Below are positions 14,295 to 29,030 of a stretch of DNA of 64,000 bases, in pieces. The notes beneath the pieces were generated by a model, which was not told the origin of the DNA, did not search any database, and worked only from the letters and a program-made list of their open reading frames with translations. Source of the DNA: Octopus vulgaris. Lineage: Eukaryota. Within the stretch, counting starts at the first letter, position 1. Each line of letters starts with the position of its first letter. Location: the NCBI GenBank assembly GCA_951406725.2, contig OX597839.1, positions 19,158,001 to 19,222,000 on the forward strand, given 5' to 3'. Position numbers and translations under genes: made by a program.

Positions 14295-14644
14295 TACATA
14301 CACACATACATACAGATGTGTACATATACGTGCTCAGCTGCGCACCCATATATACGCTCATATGTACAATATTACACAGCTTCTCCCCGCCAAGATGGCC
14401 CTACAATTATAATGTAACAGAATTTCCTCAATAGAGTCTCTACCACAACAACCGATGGTGTACGAGGCCGATCCTAGAAACAGGAGAAAAAGAAACCCCT
14501 GTAGACATGTTTTCATTCCATAATTAAGTTCATTTCTTTATACAAGTTTTATAATGCACTCATCAACTGTTTTTGACCGAACAATCGAGAAAACACCAAC
14601 ATACATACATGTAAACGTATATATATTTATCGTCATATATATAT

Positions 14645-14850
14645 ATGAGTAAGCACATGCGTGCAAAATAAGGTGGAGAAAATAGTACTCGAATACCAAA
14701 GGTAGAATATCCATTGGCGTTTATATATGTTCGCAATTCTGAAAATTTCCTTTCTTGCCGTTATCACAAATGTCTGATGAACGCAGTCACGTGAAACCAT
14801 GAGAACCAGTTTCTGAAGAGAAGAGGTTTTTTTTATGTCTTTAATAAAAG

Positions 14851-14855
<5 letters not shown>
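14645..14855. mobile_element. Decayed copy of the 58543-58754 family with hammerhead remnant at 14771-14809
   Basis: aaggtggagaaaatagtactcgaataccaaaggtaga matches 58568-58602; tgt-CTGATGA-acg(cagtca)cgt-GAAA follows. Confidence 0.6.
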
Positions 14856-14897
<42 letters not shown>

Positions 14898-14920
14898 TTA
14901 TATATATATATATATATATA

Positions 14921-15304
14921 CTAGCAGTATCGCCCGGCGTTGCTCGGGTTGTAAGGGAAATAACTATATAAGCATTTTTAGAGAGTTATAGCCAAAAAAT
15001 GCATTAAAAATTGAAAAAAAAATTAAGGTAAATATTTTTTAAATCGTTGACACATCGTAGATATTTTTAGAGAGTTACTTCCCTTATATAAAAGCGAAAA
15101 AAATGCATTAAAATGGAAAAATATGATGGTAAATTTTTTTTAAATCGTAGACTCATCGTAGACGCACGCTAATACCCAGAAGGGCTCGATATGAATCACG
15201 ACTATAAGATACCCGCTTTTGGTTAAACTGCACCGCAAAATGTGGGAGTAGTTAGGAATCGAAATCGTAGGAGACAGACACACAACTTCACTCTTATATA
15301 AAGA
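14921..15304 (-). mobile_element. Non-autonomous Helitron, same family, opposite orientation
   Basis: Minus strand: A|TC ... cccgagcaacgccgggcgatactgCTAG|T. Confidence 0.82.
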
Positions 15305-16497
15305 TGCTTTTTTTTTCAGTCATAGAGTTAGATTTATGAAGGTCTTCAGTAGAAAATCCTTCGAATTCTGACTCGCTGCTTGATATAATGAAATTCGTAT
15401 CCATTTTTTGTCAGAATTACAAATTTTGAAAACACAATAGGAACAAATTTCGGAAAAAAATCTCCCATAATTCACGGAATTAAAATTACACTTCGATTTT
15501 TGTACAAAACTGTAGTTGAAGTGTTTACGAAGTATAATACGTGTTTTCACGAATGTACTCAAAGAGATTTGCTCTGATATTCTCATTTAAATATGAATAG
15601 GTAAATTCGGGCGGCTTGGTAACTATATATAAGTGTCGTCTGTTTATACATAAACACTGTTTCATACTGCAATTATGTATACATATATCTATATATAATA
15701 TTATATAATAAAATATATACAGAGTAAAATAAAAACCAATTTACCTTTTCTGTCCTCCGTGTGTCTTTGCAAATGTGTTGGAATGATAAGTGAGTTGTGT
15801 TTTTGCGCCTTTTTACTAATAACAAACACACACGTGTTTGTATGTAGTTGTATGTGTATGTAGTTGTATGTAGTTGTATATGTATGTGTATGCGTGTGTG
15901 TGGGGAATGACACACACACTCTCGCAAGCACACATGTACATCAATGCTTTCGGAGTGATATGTTAAAATATTGAGTTTTCTCGAATTTTGTCTTAATTGG
16001 GGGTGAAATTGAAAGAAATATATTATGGCATGAGCGAATGGAGTACTTTGAAAAATCTTAGGTAAATTCTAATTGAAGAAATTGTGTGAGGACTAAATGG
16101 TTATGTATTTATTTGTTTCTGTTTGCTGTGTTTTTTTATTTTTTGAGTAGTGGTTTAATTACTTTCAGTTTAGGCTTCCTCAAATCACTCTGTCGCTATT
16201 TACTTTCATTTTATTCGTTGCCCACTGTGTGTGTGCGTTTGCGTGTGGTGTAAACCAGACTAAGAAAAGCATTTGACACACACACAAGAATGTGAGTTTT
16301 CTGTAAATTTTGCTTAATTGGAGTTTAAATTTTAAAAACTGGACCTGGCATGACGCAATGCATTGTACTCTTAAAAATGCAAGGTAAATTGTAATTAAAA
16401 GAAATCCTATATTGTAGATTTGTATAACTCCCAAAGGGAGGCAGATAAAATACTGCCTTTTATAATAAGAGATATATATCTGTACATTATATATATA

Positions 16498-17010
16498 TCT
16501 ATATATATAAAACTGTAGTTGTGTGAGTGTCTGTCCCCTTCGATTTAGATTCCTAACTACTCCCACATTTTGCGGTGCAGTTTAACCAAATTCGGGTATC
16601 TTATAGTCGTGATTCATATCGAGCCCGTCTGAGTATTAGCGCGCGTCTACGATGAGTCTACGATTTTAAAAATAATTTGACATCATTTTTTATTCCATTT
16701 TAATGCATAATTTTTCGTGTGTCGATGGCGGCGGAGTTGGCGTCCATGGTCGCACCTGCACCTGTTTGCTTCTCCCCCTTCTTCCCTCCCTCGTGAAGCT
16801 GTGGGGAAGGGAGTGTAAGGAAATCAACGTCGTAAAGCGTTGTCAAGGAGACCAGCGTTCTTTTAGAACGACGACTTCATGGCTTGAAGACACCAAAACA
16901 GAAATGGCTAAGGAAGCCCGAATTGGCATCTATAAGGGAATTAACTCTCTAAAAATGCTTATATAGTTATTTCCCTTACAAACCCGAGCAACGCCAGGCG
17001 ATACTGCTAG
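16498..17010 (+). mobile_element. Non-autonomous Helitron
   Basis: A|TC 5' end, subterminal hairpin-like cccgagcaacgccagg, 3' CTAG|T; homologous to 14921-15304. Confidence 0.82.
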
Positions 17011-17058
17011 TATATATATATGTGTATACATATATATATACATATGTATACACACACA

Positions 17059-17107
<49 letters not shown>

Positions 17108-17108
17108 T

Positions 17109-17328
17109 AAATGAGGTACTCAGAAATTCGGATAGTTTTATATTTACAAATATATTTTCGTCCATTCTGGACGAAAGGGTTAATATATGATATATGATAT
17201 AAGTTATATGATGTATAAAAACATGTAATATACAAATAAATATCTGTAAATATAAAACCATCCGAATTTCTGAGTACCTCATTTCTTCTAATATAAAATA
17301 CCTGTACCTCATCTCCAAACCTTCTAAT
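17109..17328. repeat. Fold-back element in (TA)n, arms 17109-17148 and 17245-17284
   Basis: aaatgaggtactcagaaattcggatagttttatatttaca is inverted downstream; central tttcgtcca/tggacgaaa; same family as 63323-63730. Confidence 0.8.
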
Positions 17329-17341
17329 ATATGTATGTATG

Positions 17342-17418
<77 letters not shown>

Positions 17419-17649
17419 CAATAATAACAAAAGGTTAATCGATTAATTAACTAATAATTAATAATTTTACCAAGTAGTTCGGTAGGTTAAAATAACCTTT
17501 TTAGGGAAAATTATACAAATATTCAATAATTATAAACATAATTATAATTAGGGGTCAGCTAATTGCTTCAGCACGCACCGAATTTAGAAATTGGAGTTAA
17601 AATGTCTTTTCTGTTACCATAAAGATATATATCGTTTATATCTTATTAA

Positions 17650-17983
17650 TTGTTTCAGTCATTAGACTGAGGCCATGCTGGGGCATCGGCTTGAAGGATT
17701 TTTAGTCGAATGAATCGACCCCCAGTATTCTCTTTCTAAAGCCTGGTTCTTACTCATTTGGTCCCTTTTGCCGAAACGCTGAACTACGGGAAAGTAAGCA
17801 TGCCACCATCCCTTGCCAAGATGTGGTGAGACAAACACACACACACACATCTATATATATATACGACGGGCTTCTTTCACTTTCCGTCTACCAAATCAAT
17901 CCACAAGGCTTTGGTCGGCCTGAGGCTATAGAAGACACCCGGGACTGAACATGGAACCATGTAGTTAGGAAGCAAGCTACTTA

Positions 17984-17987
<4 letters not shown>
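17650..17987 (-). mobile_element. SINE family A, diverged
   Basis: Both halves recognisable. Confidence 0.75.
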
Positions 17988-18040
<53 letters not shown>

Positions 18041-18390
18041 CATAAAATATAAAATATATTCTCCCTCCAGCTCTGTCTGTCTCTATATACATATATAAAA
18101 CGTGGCACACCGTCGGTTACGACGACGACGGATCCATTTGATGTATATGTGTATATATCTCAAATCTACACATCCATGCAAAGACATTCAAATGCCTATA
18201 CGCACACGCGCACATACACCCGAATACGCAATTCATGTGTATTTGCGTGTAAACAGACATTCAAGCGCGTAGAAAGCATATTACAAACTCATACAATTTT
18301 ATACTTATATATATGTATATACATATATATAGATATATGTGTGTGTATATATAGATGGGCACGTGTATGTACATATCTATGTATCTAATA

Positions 18391-18642
18391 CTGTAATCTC
18401 TCGCCATATCGCGGTTCACCTATCGCAGTTCACCTATCGCGGTTCACCTGACGTGGTTCATTATATAAGCTTATGTCGCTTCCTCCGTCTTGTTGTTTTG
18501 CATTTATAATAAAATAAATATACACAATTTATAAAAATAATTTTAAAAATTATATACAGTACAGTACTGTTTCTATTTCGCGGATTTTCTATTATCGCGG
18601 GTGTTTTGGAATATAACACCCGCGATAGTCGAGGGATTACTG
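18391..18642. mobile_element. pogo/Tigger-like MITE
   Basis: Imperfect TIRs c(t/a)gtaatc(t/c)ctcg...tatcgcgg, TA on both sides, internal subterminal tatcgcggttcacc repeats. Confidence 0.75.
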
Positions 18643-18982
18643 TACCAACATATTCATTCTTGGGACGAGGGAACTCATAAGCAATGCATCTGTGGCCATT
18701 GTTTTTTAACAGAAAAAGCCTTTCGTTTTTCAACTGACGCTATTTTTTATATCTTCATCTGCTTCGAGATTCTCTGTTCCCAAAGAATTATTTCACATTC
18801 TCGAAGTACCGAGAATTTTATGGCATCAACAACGCACAATATATACACATATTTACTTTTGAATTCGTATGCTCATCCATACATATATGTATATGTATGG
18901 ATGAATTAATGTATTACGCATTTGTGCACGTACGTATGCATTCATATATCTATGTACCTATATAAGTCTGTATATCTATCTG

Positions 18983-19027
<45 letters not shown>

Positions 19028-19068
19028 ATGTATGTGTGTACGTGTGGGTGTGTATAAGATTGTGTGTG

Positions 19069-19109
<41 letters not shown>

Positions 19110-19250
19110 CACACACAAGCACACACTCATATATATATATAGAGAGAGAGAGAGAGATAGGGAGAGATGGGGACTAAAGAAAAAATATATGTAGATGTAA
19201 GACTAAGCATGTATATATGTGTGAGTGAGCGTGCGTACGTGCATAAGACA

Positions 19251-19369
<119 letters not shown>

Positions 19370-20071
19370 GAGAGAGAGAGAGAGAGAAGGAGAAATGCTG
19401 AGAGAGAAAAATATATGTATGTACATATACTTATGTGTGTGTGTATACATATAATACGATTGTTCATATGCATGTGTGCATGTGTGTGCACGATTGTGCC
19501 GGTATACTCAATGGTAGAGCAGAGGTATACAGCAAGCCCTAGAGGTCACAGCTGTCAAAATCTGACACGACGAATAGCCGAAATGTCGTGTCAAATTAAC
19601 CCCCTCTTCAGAAATCAAGTATTACACTGAAACCAATTCTTAAACAATTATTGCTTCATACAGTAAAATGGCCATGCTAACGTTGCCTATCTTCGTTCTT
19701 TATTTTTTCTGTTCGATTCTTTATTCATAGAACTGGCATGCCGAAAGTGCAGATTCGTCTTTTAGACAGTTTAGCCATAGCATATACCGTTTGCTTCGCA
19801 TTCTTTGCTTGTCGCATTGATTGGAATAGCTGGTCGTCTGCTTTTCGAAGAATCTGCATAAAAGATTACGAATGGAATGGATGAGGTGCATTTTTTTTTG
19901 TGTGTGCTTTCGTATCGTATCACATTCTTAAGCAATCCATCTCCATAGACAAAAAAAAAAAGAAGTACTCTTTATAATTTTCTTCGTGTAATACCTAAAA
20001 TAACAGCACTTGGCACGTGTCACACACACACACAGTATGTGTGTGTGAATATAGTATATGTATGTGTTGAA

Positions 20072-20116
<45 letters not shown>

Positions 20117-20450
20117 TAAATATATATATATTCATATATAAATATATATATATATTCATATATAAATATATATATATATTCATATATAAATATATATATA
20201 TATTCATATATAAATATATATATATATTCATATATAAATATATATATATATTCATATATAAATATATATATATATTCATATATATAAATATATATATATA
20301 TATATTCATATATATAAATATATATATATATATATTCATATATATAAATATATATATATATTCATATATATAAATATATATATATATATTCATATATATA
20401 AATAAAATATATATATATATTCATATATATAAATATATATATATATATTC

Positions 20451-20487
<37 letters not shown>

Positions 20488-21293
20488 CTTTTTATAGACA
20501 TATATTGTATATAAATTAAATGAATAAATACACGTATATATATATATGTGTGTGTGTGTGAGTGTGTGTGTGTGTGTTTGTGTATATAAACGCATATACG
20601 TTGCTATCTATCTAGCCATCCACCTATCTGTCCATATATTCATCTTTATATATATATATACATACACAGATACACACACAACAGGTTTAACACACTTTTC
20701 ATCTGCTATCAAAGTCATTTACAAGGCATTGGTCAGCCCAGAGCTGTAGACAGAAAATTATTGCCCATGTTGCCGCGGAGTGAGAGTGAACGCAAACCTG
20801 CGCCGTTGCAAAGCGAGTTATTCAACCACACAGCCATACCTGCACCTATATAATAAGTAAACAAAACCACACTTCGAATAAATTCTCCGCGTGTTTCATG
20901 ATAGCTAATTAGTTAGATTACATTGTAGAATTAAAAATAATCTTAATTAGAACATATTTAATCTTTACAGAACGTGTAATTTAATCACAACAAAATTTTC
21001 TCTGAACTTTTGAAGTAGAAGATTGTCTCAGTAAAATTTAACATAAATAAGGATTTAATCGGCAAAATCCCCATAGCTAATACAATACGTCTCCTGAACA
21101 GTACAAATGAACTTTAAAAAAACCTCGTCACATCCAAGCGCTGAAGTTTTGGCTTGGCGTTCGTCAACTGTTTTAGATGCGTATGTATCTAAAATTGTAG
21201 ATGCGGACAAGAACACCTCTGTTTTTCTATCACAGAAAGATAGTAGTATCTCTAAAAATAATCATGATCGTTAGCTCGTGGGTTCGATTTCCG

Positions 21294-21393
21294 NNNNNNN
21301 NNNNNNNNNNNNNNNNNNNNNNNNNNNNNNNNNNNNNNNNNNNNNNNNNNNNNNNNNNNNNNNNNNNNNNNNNNNNNNNNNNNNNNNNNNNNN
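21294..21393. other. Assembly gap (100 N)
   Basis: Run of N; tcgatttccg occurs on both flanks. Confidence 0.98.
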
Positions 21394-21477
21394 TCGATTT
21401 CCGAACCGGGCGGCGCGTTGTGGTCTTGAGAGAAACATTTTACTTCACGTTGGGGCCATTTGATATTGCTACATAAT

Positions 21478-21827
21478 TTTACTTCGTGAATGCTTTTTAG
21501 GAATTAACATTTGGTGCATGAGAGAGTTTGATGCAGCTGCTCTCATCTGCACCTCCTGCCGCGAAGTTGGTTCGTCTGGGACACTTGACAACAACAGGTC
21601 CAGCTTTATTTTAAAGACATCTGCATCCACCCCATGCAGGTCTCTCAGGTCCTTCGGGAGGATATTGAAGAGCTGTGGACTTCTGAAGCCCAGGTTATTG
21701 CAGTATCTTGTCCTACGTATTGATGGCAAATTTGGAGTCCTTGCACTATGCATGGTGCCCAGTTCTAGTATTTGTGTAACTCTCGATGCCAAAGTTTGGG
21801 ACAAGTCCTTCCAGGATCTTCCAGATG
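21478..21827 (-). mobile_element. CR1/L2-group LINE 3' fragment (ORF2 C-terminus)
   Basis: [14 protein letters not shown] and PQLFNILPKDLRDLHGVDADVFKIKLDLLLSSVPDEP...RAAASNSL. Confidence 0.8.
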
Positions 21828-21830
21828 TAT

Positions 21831-21865
<35 letters not shown>

Positions 21866-22025
21866 CATACGTAGATATACACACACATATATACATACGT
21901 ATACACATACATATATATATATATATATACATGTATATATATACATATATTTATATACATATTTATACATACATATATACATATATATACATACATATAT
22001 ATATGCATACATATATACATATATA

Positions 22026-22057
<32 letters not shown>

Positions 22058-22231
22058 CACATGTACATGCATATATATTTACACACACATATAAATATAT
22101 ATATACATACATACAATTATATCTATATAGATATATATATATATACATATATAAATGAACATATACATACATATATGTATGTACAGACTCACTCTCCCTC
22201 TCTCACTCACTCTCTCTCTCTCTCTCTGTGT

Positions 22232-22271
<40 letters not shown>

Positions 22272-23247
22272 CAAAGAGAGAGAGGTGTATATATATATAT
22301 ATATATATATACAGGAGAGGAATATTTTATTTTTGTATACATGAAATATGTTATTTCGGGAAAGAACTTCTATGAAAATTTATGTCGTTCAACATTCTGA
22401 CAGGAGAAAATGTTTTTATTTGGAAATTAAATAAATAGATTAGAAAAAATACAACCTATACTAAGATTTACTTAACAGAAATTGTTGGAGCAGATAATCT
22501 TTATTTCGCTGCTTTTCAAAACCTCCATTACTTTCTGGCTTTTTGTCTTTGCTCGTTTGTATTGTATACGTTGCTTTCGCCATCTTTCTTTTACTCCATT
22601 TCATCTTCTCTCTCTCTCTCTCTCTCCATCTCACTCCCTCGATACATATGTGCCTGTGTGTATTCATATATGTATATGTGTGTATGTATGTATATACATA
22701 CATATATACCTATATATGTATGTGTGTGTATGTATGTATATACATATATATATATATATATACCTATATATGTATGTGTGTGTATGTATGTATATACATA
22801 TATATATATACCTATATATGTATGTGTGTGTATGTATGTATATACATACATATATACCTATATATGTATGTGTGTATGTATGTATATACATATATATATA
22901 TATATACCTATATATATACATATATATATATACACACATATATACATATATATACATATATATATATACACACATATATACATATATATACATATATATA
23001 TATATATATACATATATACATATATATATAGATATATACATATATATATACATACATATACACCTATATATATATATATATACATACATATATACCTATA
23101 TATATACATATATACCTATATATATATATATATATATATATACATACATGCATATGTATGTATATACGTATGAATAAATAATATATATATATATTCATCT
23201 ATGTAATTCTCTTTCTGTTTGGCACTCTCCCACTCTCTCTCTCTCTC

Positions 23248-23292
<45 letters not shown>

Positions 23293-23407
23293 GCTTAATT
23301 GCATATGAGTGCGTGAATATATGGGCATAGTGATACATATACATACACACACATACATATATACATATATCAGAACACACACACACACACACTTATATAT
23401 ATGTATG

Positions 23408-23451
<44 letters not shown>

Positions 23452-23892
23452 ATATTCTGCGTGTATGTGTGGGGTTTCTCTTATTCTTAGAAAAAAACAT
23501 TGATAATTTACGATGAAACGATACTGCAAGACTCAGACACTGCTAAAACCTACATCAAAGTAAGGAGTAGACTTCAAACATCACACACACACACACCTAC
23601 ACTCCATCAAACATAACATAACATAACAATATAATAGAATACAATATATCGTAACACAATATATAATACAACAGAATATATATAGGGCGGAAGAGAACAT
23701 GGAAATATATATATATATATATATATATGAAGCCCAAAGTATATGTACACGTAATATATATATGTGCGTGTGTATATATGTATGAGTGTTCTATGTATGA
23801 ATGTATTTATGTATATATGTTTCTCTGTCAGTCTGTCTCCCTCTGTGTATGTGTGAGTGGGCGTATATGTGTGTGTATGTATATATATTTAT

Positions 23893-23924
<32 letters not shown>

Positions 23925-24618
23925 TACTGCATGTATGTGCAATTTATATATATATATATGTGTGTGTGTGCGTGTGTTTGTGTGTGTATAAGAAAACTGG
24001 AAAAGTTATATCACTTGTAGCATTCGATTGCCGCGTTTGCTGCAAACATACATACACACACACAGACACTCGGGCGTGTATATATATATATATATTTATA
24101 CACATATATTCCCACACATATATATTCACATGTATATATATTCACACATATATATATTTATTCACACACATGTATATATATTCACACACGTACATATATA
24201 CACATACACATCTGTGTGTGCTTTAAGCGTGTAAACCCAATTTCTTTCCTCGAATGTACCTATAGACATAGCAAGGAACTCTTGCTCCACACGTGTGAAT
24301 CAGGAAATGGAGATTATGAATATCGATATATGCACAATAACACCAAATAATACTACATTGCGTAGAGTTCTCTTGTTTTTGTTTTTTGCCACAAGTGCGC
24401 CTATGTTTCGCGGAAAAACATTATATGTGTCTGGGAATCATATGTTTAGCGAATACAAGGAATTGATGATATTCCAGTGCAGACATGAAGCCTAGAACTA
24501 GCAAGATGGTAGCAAGATAACGGTTAATAGGAATTCGCTTCTTAATATTTTACAAGCCTTTACGTCGTCGAAAAATAATGGAACCTTTTGACTCCGTTGC
24601 TCAAAGATCTCTCTCTCC

Positions 24619-24732
<114 letters not shown>

Positions 24733-24814
24733 TTAAAGTTACAAAAATATCACACACCAATAAAAAAAAACTGCAACTAAGTTTGTGCCCCTGATTTTTG
24801 TGATGTTTGTGCAG

Positions 24815-24906
24815 CTTCAATAACAATAAAGCATGTTACTCTACCTCCGGTATTCGAGTACTATTTTTCCTACTTTGTTTCACATTCATGTGCTTACTTT
24901 GGTATA

Positions 24907-24912
<6 letters not shown>
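24815..24912 (+). mobile_element. 3' tail of the 58543-58754 family ending in (TA)n
   Basis: aataaagcatgttactctacctccggtattcgagtacta...tgtttcacattcatg is the reverse complement of ~58555-58618. Confidence 0.6.
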
Positions 24913-24949
<37 letters not shown>

Positions 24950-25285
24950 GAAGGCGCATGGCGCAGTAGTTAGGGCGTCGAGCTTACGATCGTGAGGTTG
25001 TGACCTCGAATCCCGGACCGGGCTGCGTGTTGTGTTCTTGAGCAGGACACTTTATTTCACGTTGATCCAGTTCACTCAGCTGTAGAAATGAGTTGCGACA
25101 TCACGGGTGCCAAGCTGTATCGGCCCCTTTGCCTTTCCCTTGGATAACATCAGTGGCGTGGAGAGGGGAGGCCGGTATGCATGGACGACTGCTGGTCTTC
25201 CATAAACAACCTTGCCCGGACTTGTGCCTCGGAGTGTAACATTCTAGGTGCAAGCCCATGGTCAGTGTTTGACCGAAGGGGGTCC
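24950..25285 (+). mobile_element. tRNA-derived SINE family D (C-like head, different tail)
   Basis: ggcgcatggcgcagtagttagggcg...ctcgaatccc, then ttcttgagcaggacactttatttcacgttg. Confidence 0.7.
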
Positions 25286-25399
25286 CGACCGACCGACCGA
25301 TATATATATATATGTATGTATGTGTGTGTGTATTCTTTTATTCTTCTCCTTCTTTCGGTCAATTTGATTGTAGCCAGAGGCACGAACTTGGAATGTTTT

Positions 25400-25715
25400 T
25401 AGCCGAATCAATCGACCCCAGGACTTATTCGTTGTAAGCCTAGTACTTATTCTATCGTTCTCTTTTTCGAACTGCTAGGTTACGGGGGCATAAACACACC
25501 AACGTCAGTTGTCAAGCAATGGTGGGAGGACTAACACAGGCACAAAGACACACACATACGACGGGGTTCTTTCAGTTTCCGTATTCCAAATCCACTCACA
25601 AAGCTTTGATCGACCCGAGGCTATAATAGAAGTCACTTGACCAAAATGGTACGAAGTTAGACTGAACCCAGAGCCATGTGGTTGGGGGAGCAGGTTTCTT
25701 GCCGCACAGCTACGC
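25400..25715 (-). mobile_element. SINE family A, diverged
   Basis: atcgaccccaggacttatt...ctttcagtttccgt...gactgaaccc. Confidence 0.75.
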
Positions 25716-25932
25716 CTGTGTGTGAGTGTGTTTCTGTGTGTGTGTGTGTGTGTTTGTGTGTGTGTGTGCGTATATGTGTGTGTGTGTGTGTGTGTTTCTG
25801 TGTGTGTGTGTGAGTGTGTTTCTGTGTGTGTGTGTGTGAGTGTGTTTCTCTGTGTGTGTGTGTGTGTGTTTCTCTGTGTGTGTGTGTGAGTGTGTGTTTC
25901 TGTGTGTGTGTGAGTGTGTGTTTCTGTGTGTG

Positions 25933-25997
<65 letters not shown>

Positions 25998-25999
25998 TA

Positions 26000-26275
26000 T
26001 TCCGTCGGTTACGACGACCAGAGTTCCAGCTGATTCAATCAAAGAATGTACAAGCTCGTGAAATTACAGTGCAAGTGGCTGAACACTCCACAGCGTGGGA
26101 GATTCAGCGTGACAGAGAATGCAACTTGCTTGGCCTTTTGAATTACAGTTGCTACTGATTTTCAGCCGCTGACTGGGCTGGAGGGACGTGAAACAGAGCG
26201 CCTTGCTCGGAAATCGAACTCACAACCTTACGATCGCGAGCTGTTTACCCTAACCACTAAGCCACGCGCCTTCAC
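26000..26275 (-). mobile_element. SINE family C, diverged
   Basis: tccgtcggttacgacgac...aaccactaagccacgcgccttcac. Confidence 0.75.
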
Positions 26276-26500
26276 ACATACACGCACCCAAGCACAAACA
26301 GGTACTTACACACAATTCAAGAAGTGATTTTGAATTTTCGGCCATTTAAACTATAGTCGGCAGTCCGACGTTGGCTTAATTTCGAAGTTACTGTCAAATG
26401 TTTTTTTTTTCTTTGAGAATAAGTTTGTACTCAACAAAAGTACAGAATAGCCCATAAGATTAATGTAAAATTGTTTTTATTACAACTGAACACAAAATCC

Positions 26501-26578
<78 letters not shown>

Positions 26579-27318
26579 AACACACATATCGTTATCTTTT
26601 TCTTCATCTATTTCGTTCTGCCTCCCGCAGTGTCCGTACTTATTTCTATATGCCAAGAAACAGGCCAACATAGATATAGACACAGACATACACACACCAA
26701 AACCACATTCACTACATATACACAAACGGTTACATTATATATATATAGATATATATGTATATACATATATATATACACACATATACATACGTTTATACAT
26801 TCGTACATATACTCAACCGATACACATATATACACATACGGGACATATACACCACACAGAAATAGGACACACAAATACTGACCCATATCGTAATATATAT
26901 ATATATATATACCCATACACAAACATACACACACATACATAAAGACATATAGACCCATACACAAGCATACACAGAAATGCTAGGACATATACATCCACAC
27001 ACAAAGACACACACATATATATACATATAGACACACATATATATACACACACGTCTAAGAACATATATACCTAAATATATACAGACAGGCGTTTATGAAC
27101 ACATGTACATAAATGTATACACACATAGACAGACGTACATACACATCTAAAAATATATATACATAAATATATACACACACATACTAATACACAAACACAC
27201 ACACATATATACATACAGACACACACACACACACATATATATATACATACAGACACACACACACACACATATATATATACATACAGACACACACACACAC
27301 ATATATATATACATACAG

Positions 27319-27372
<54 letters not shown>

Positions 27373-27950
27373 GCACATCTAAGAACATATATACCTAAAT
27401 ATATATAGACAAGCGTTTATGAACATATATAGATAAATGTATACAAGCATATACACACATATCTAAAGAACAAATATGCATAAATATACACATATTTTGG
27501 AATATGTGTACATAAATACATACACACACACATATAGAAACACACGCACACAGACAAAGACCAAAATATTTATTCATATGCATAAGTCGCTGCATCGTAC
27601 ATAAAACGAAGACCCACTTCATACCAAGAAATCTTTCCAGATCTAACACACAGCAAAGCATAGACATACATCTATATACCGCCGGCAAGAACAAGAAAGC
27701 AAAAACCAAAAAAAAAAAAAAAAAAAAAAGGGGGAAGAAACATCATAGTACACCCTGTCCCAAACTTAGTTCCGACCCCCACCACCGCATCTCCATATTT
27801 TACAGTCAATTTCACCAATCCCATACTCTTACGCCTCCAAAATCTACTTAATTTGTTGAGAATGTTTACAGAATGTGCCCTTCAGAATATCTTTGAGTGG
27901 GAGAAGAGAATATGGACAGTGAGTAGCAGTAGTAGCATTATTATTATTAT

Positions 27951-27983
<33 letters not shown>

Positions 27984-28011
27984 TAGTAGTAGTAGTAGCA
28001 TTAGTAGTAGC

Positions 28012-28046
<35 letters not shown>

Positions 28047-28049
28047 CAT

Positions 28050-28109
<60 letters not shown>

Positions 28110-28174
28110 CAGTAGTAGTAGTAGTGTTGCTGGTGGTGGTGGTGGTAGACGTTGAAGCAGCGATATTGGTATTG

Positions 28175-28400
28175 AGCTGGTAGAAACGTTAGCATGCTGG
28201 ATGACATGCTTAGCGGTATCTCGTCTGCCGTTACGTTCTGAGTTCAAATTTCGCCGAGGTCGACTTTGCCTTTCATCCTTTCGGGGTCGATTAAATAAGT
28301 ACCAGTTACGCACTGGGGTCGATATAATCGACTTAATACCTATGTCTGTCCTTGTTTGTCCCTTCTATGTTTAGCCCCTTGTGGGTAATAAAGAAATAGG
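28175..28400 (+). mobile_element. SINE family B (tRNA-like head, Nin/Deu-like core)
   Basis: gagctggtagaaacgttagc...gagttcaaatt...gactttgcctttcatcctttcggggtcgat...aataaagaaa; other copies at 5450-5500, 6567-6777 and 49680-50242. Confidence 0.82.
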
Positions 28401-28874
28401 TATTAACATTAAGCCTTATGTATGGTAATAGTTGCAAGATCATTTGTACGTTGCTTTTGAAGCAGCCATATTAGTACTAACAGCAGTTGTATGGGCAGTA
28501 GTAAAAGTAGTAGTATTTTGTGGTAGTTCTTTTGACAGTTGTAGTATTGGTGGTAGTAGTTGTTAATGCCGCTGATGCAGCCATATTTGTACTAACGAGA
28601 GTTGTAAATTCGATAGTAAAATTTTAATATTGGGATTTGTGGTGGTAGTAGTAGTAATAGTAGTAGTAGTAGACGGTGGTGGTAGAGGCCGTTGAATCAG
28701 TAGTAGTGGTAGCAGCAGCAGCATCAGCAGTAATAGTAGTAGTAGTAGTAGACGGTGGTGGTAGAGGCCGTTGAATCAGTAGTAGTGGTAGCAGCAGCAG
28801 CATCAGCAGTAATAGTAGTAGTAGTAGTAGTAGGCGGTAGTGGTGGTAGAGTTGGTTGAATCAGTAGTGGTTAC

Positions 28875-28909
<35 letters not shown>

Positions 28910-28948
28910 GTATTGATGTTGAAGCTGCCGCCTTTGTATTAACAGTGG

Positions 28949-29030
28949 TTAGGGTTAGGGTGTTAGGGTTAGGGTGTTAGGGTTAGGGTGTTAGGGTTAG
29001 GGTGTTAGGGTTAGGGTGTTAGGGTTAGGG
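28949..29030 (+). repeat. Interstitial telomere-like array (TTAGGGTTAGGGTG)5 + TTAGGGTTAGGG
   Basis: 12 TTAGGG units in a strict 14-bp period. Confidence 0.92.
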
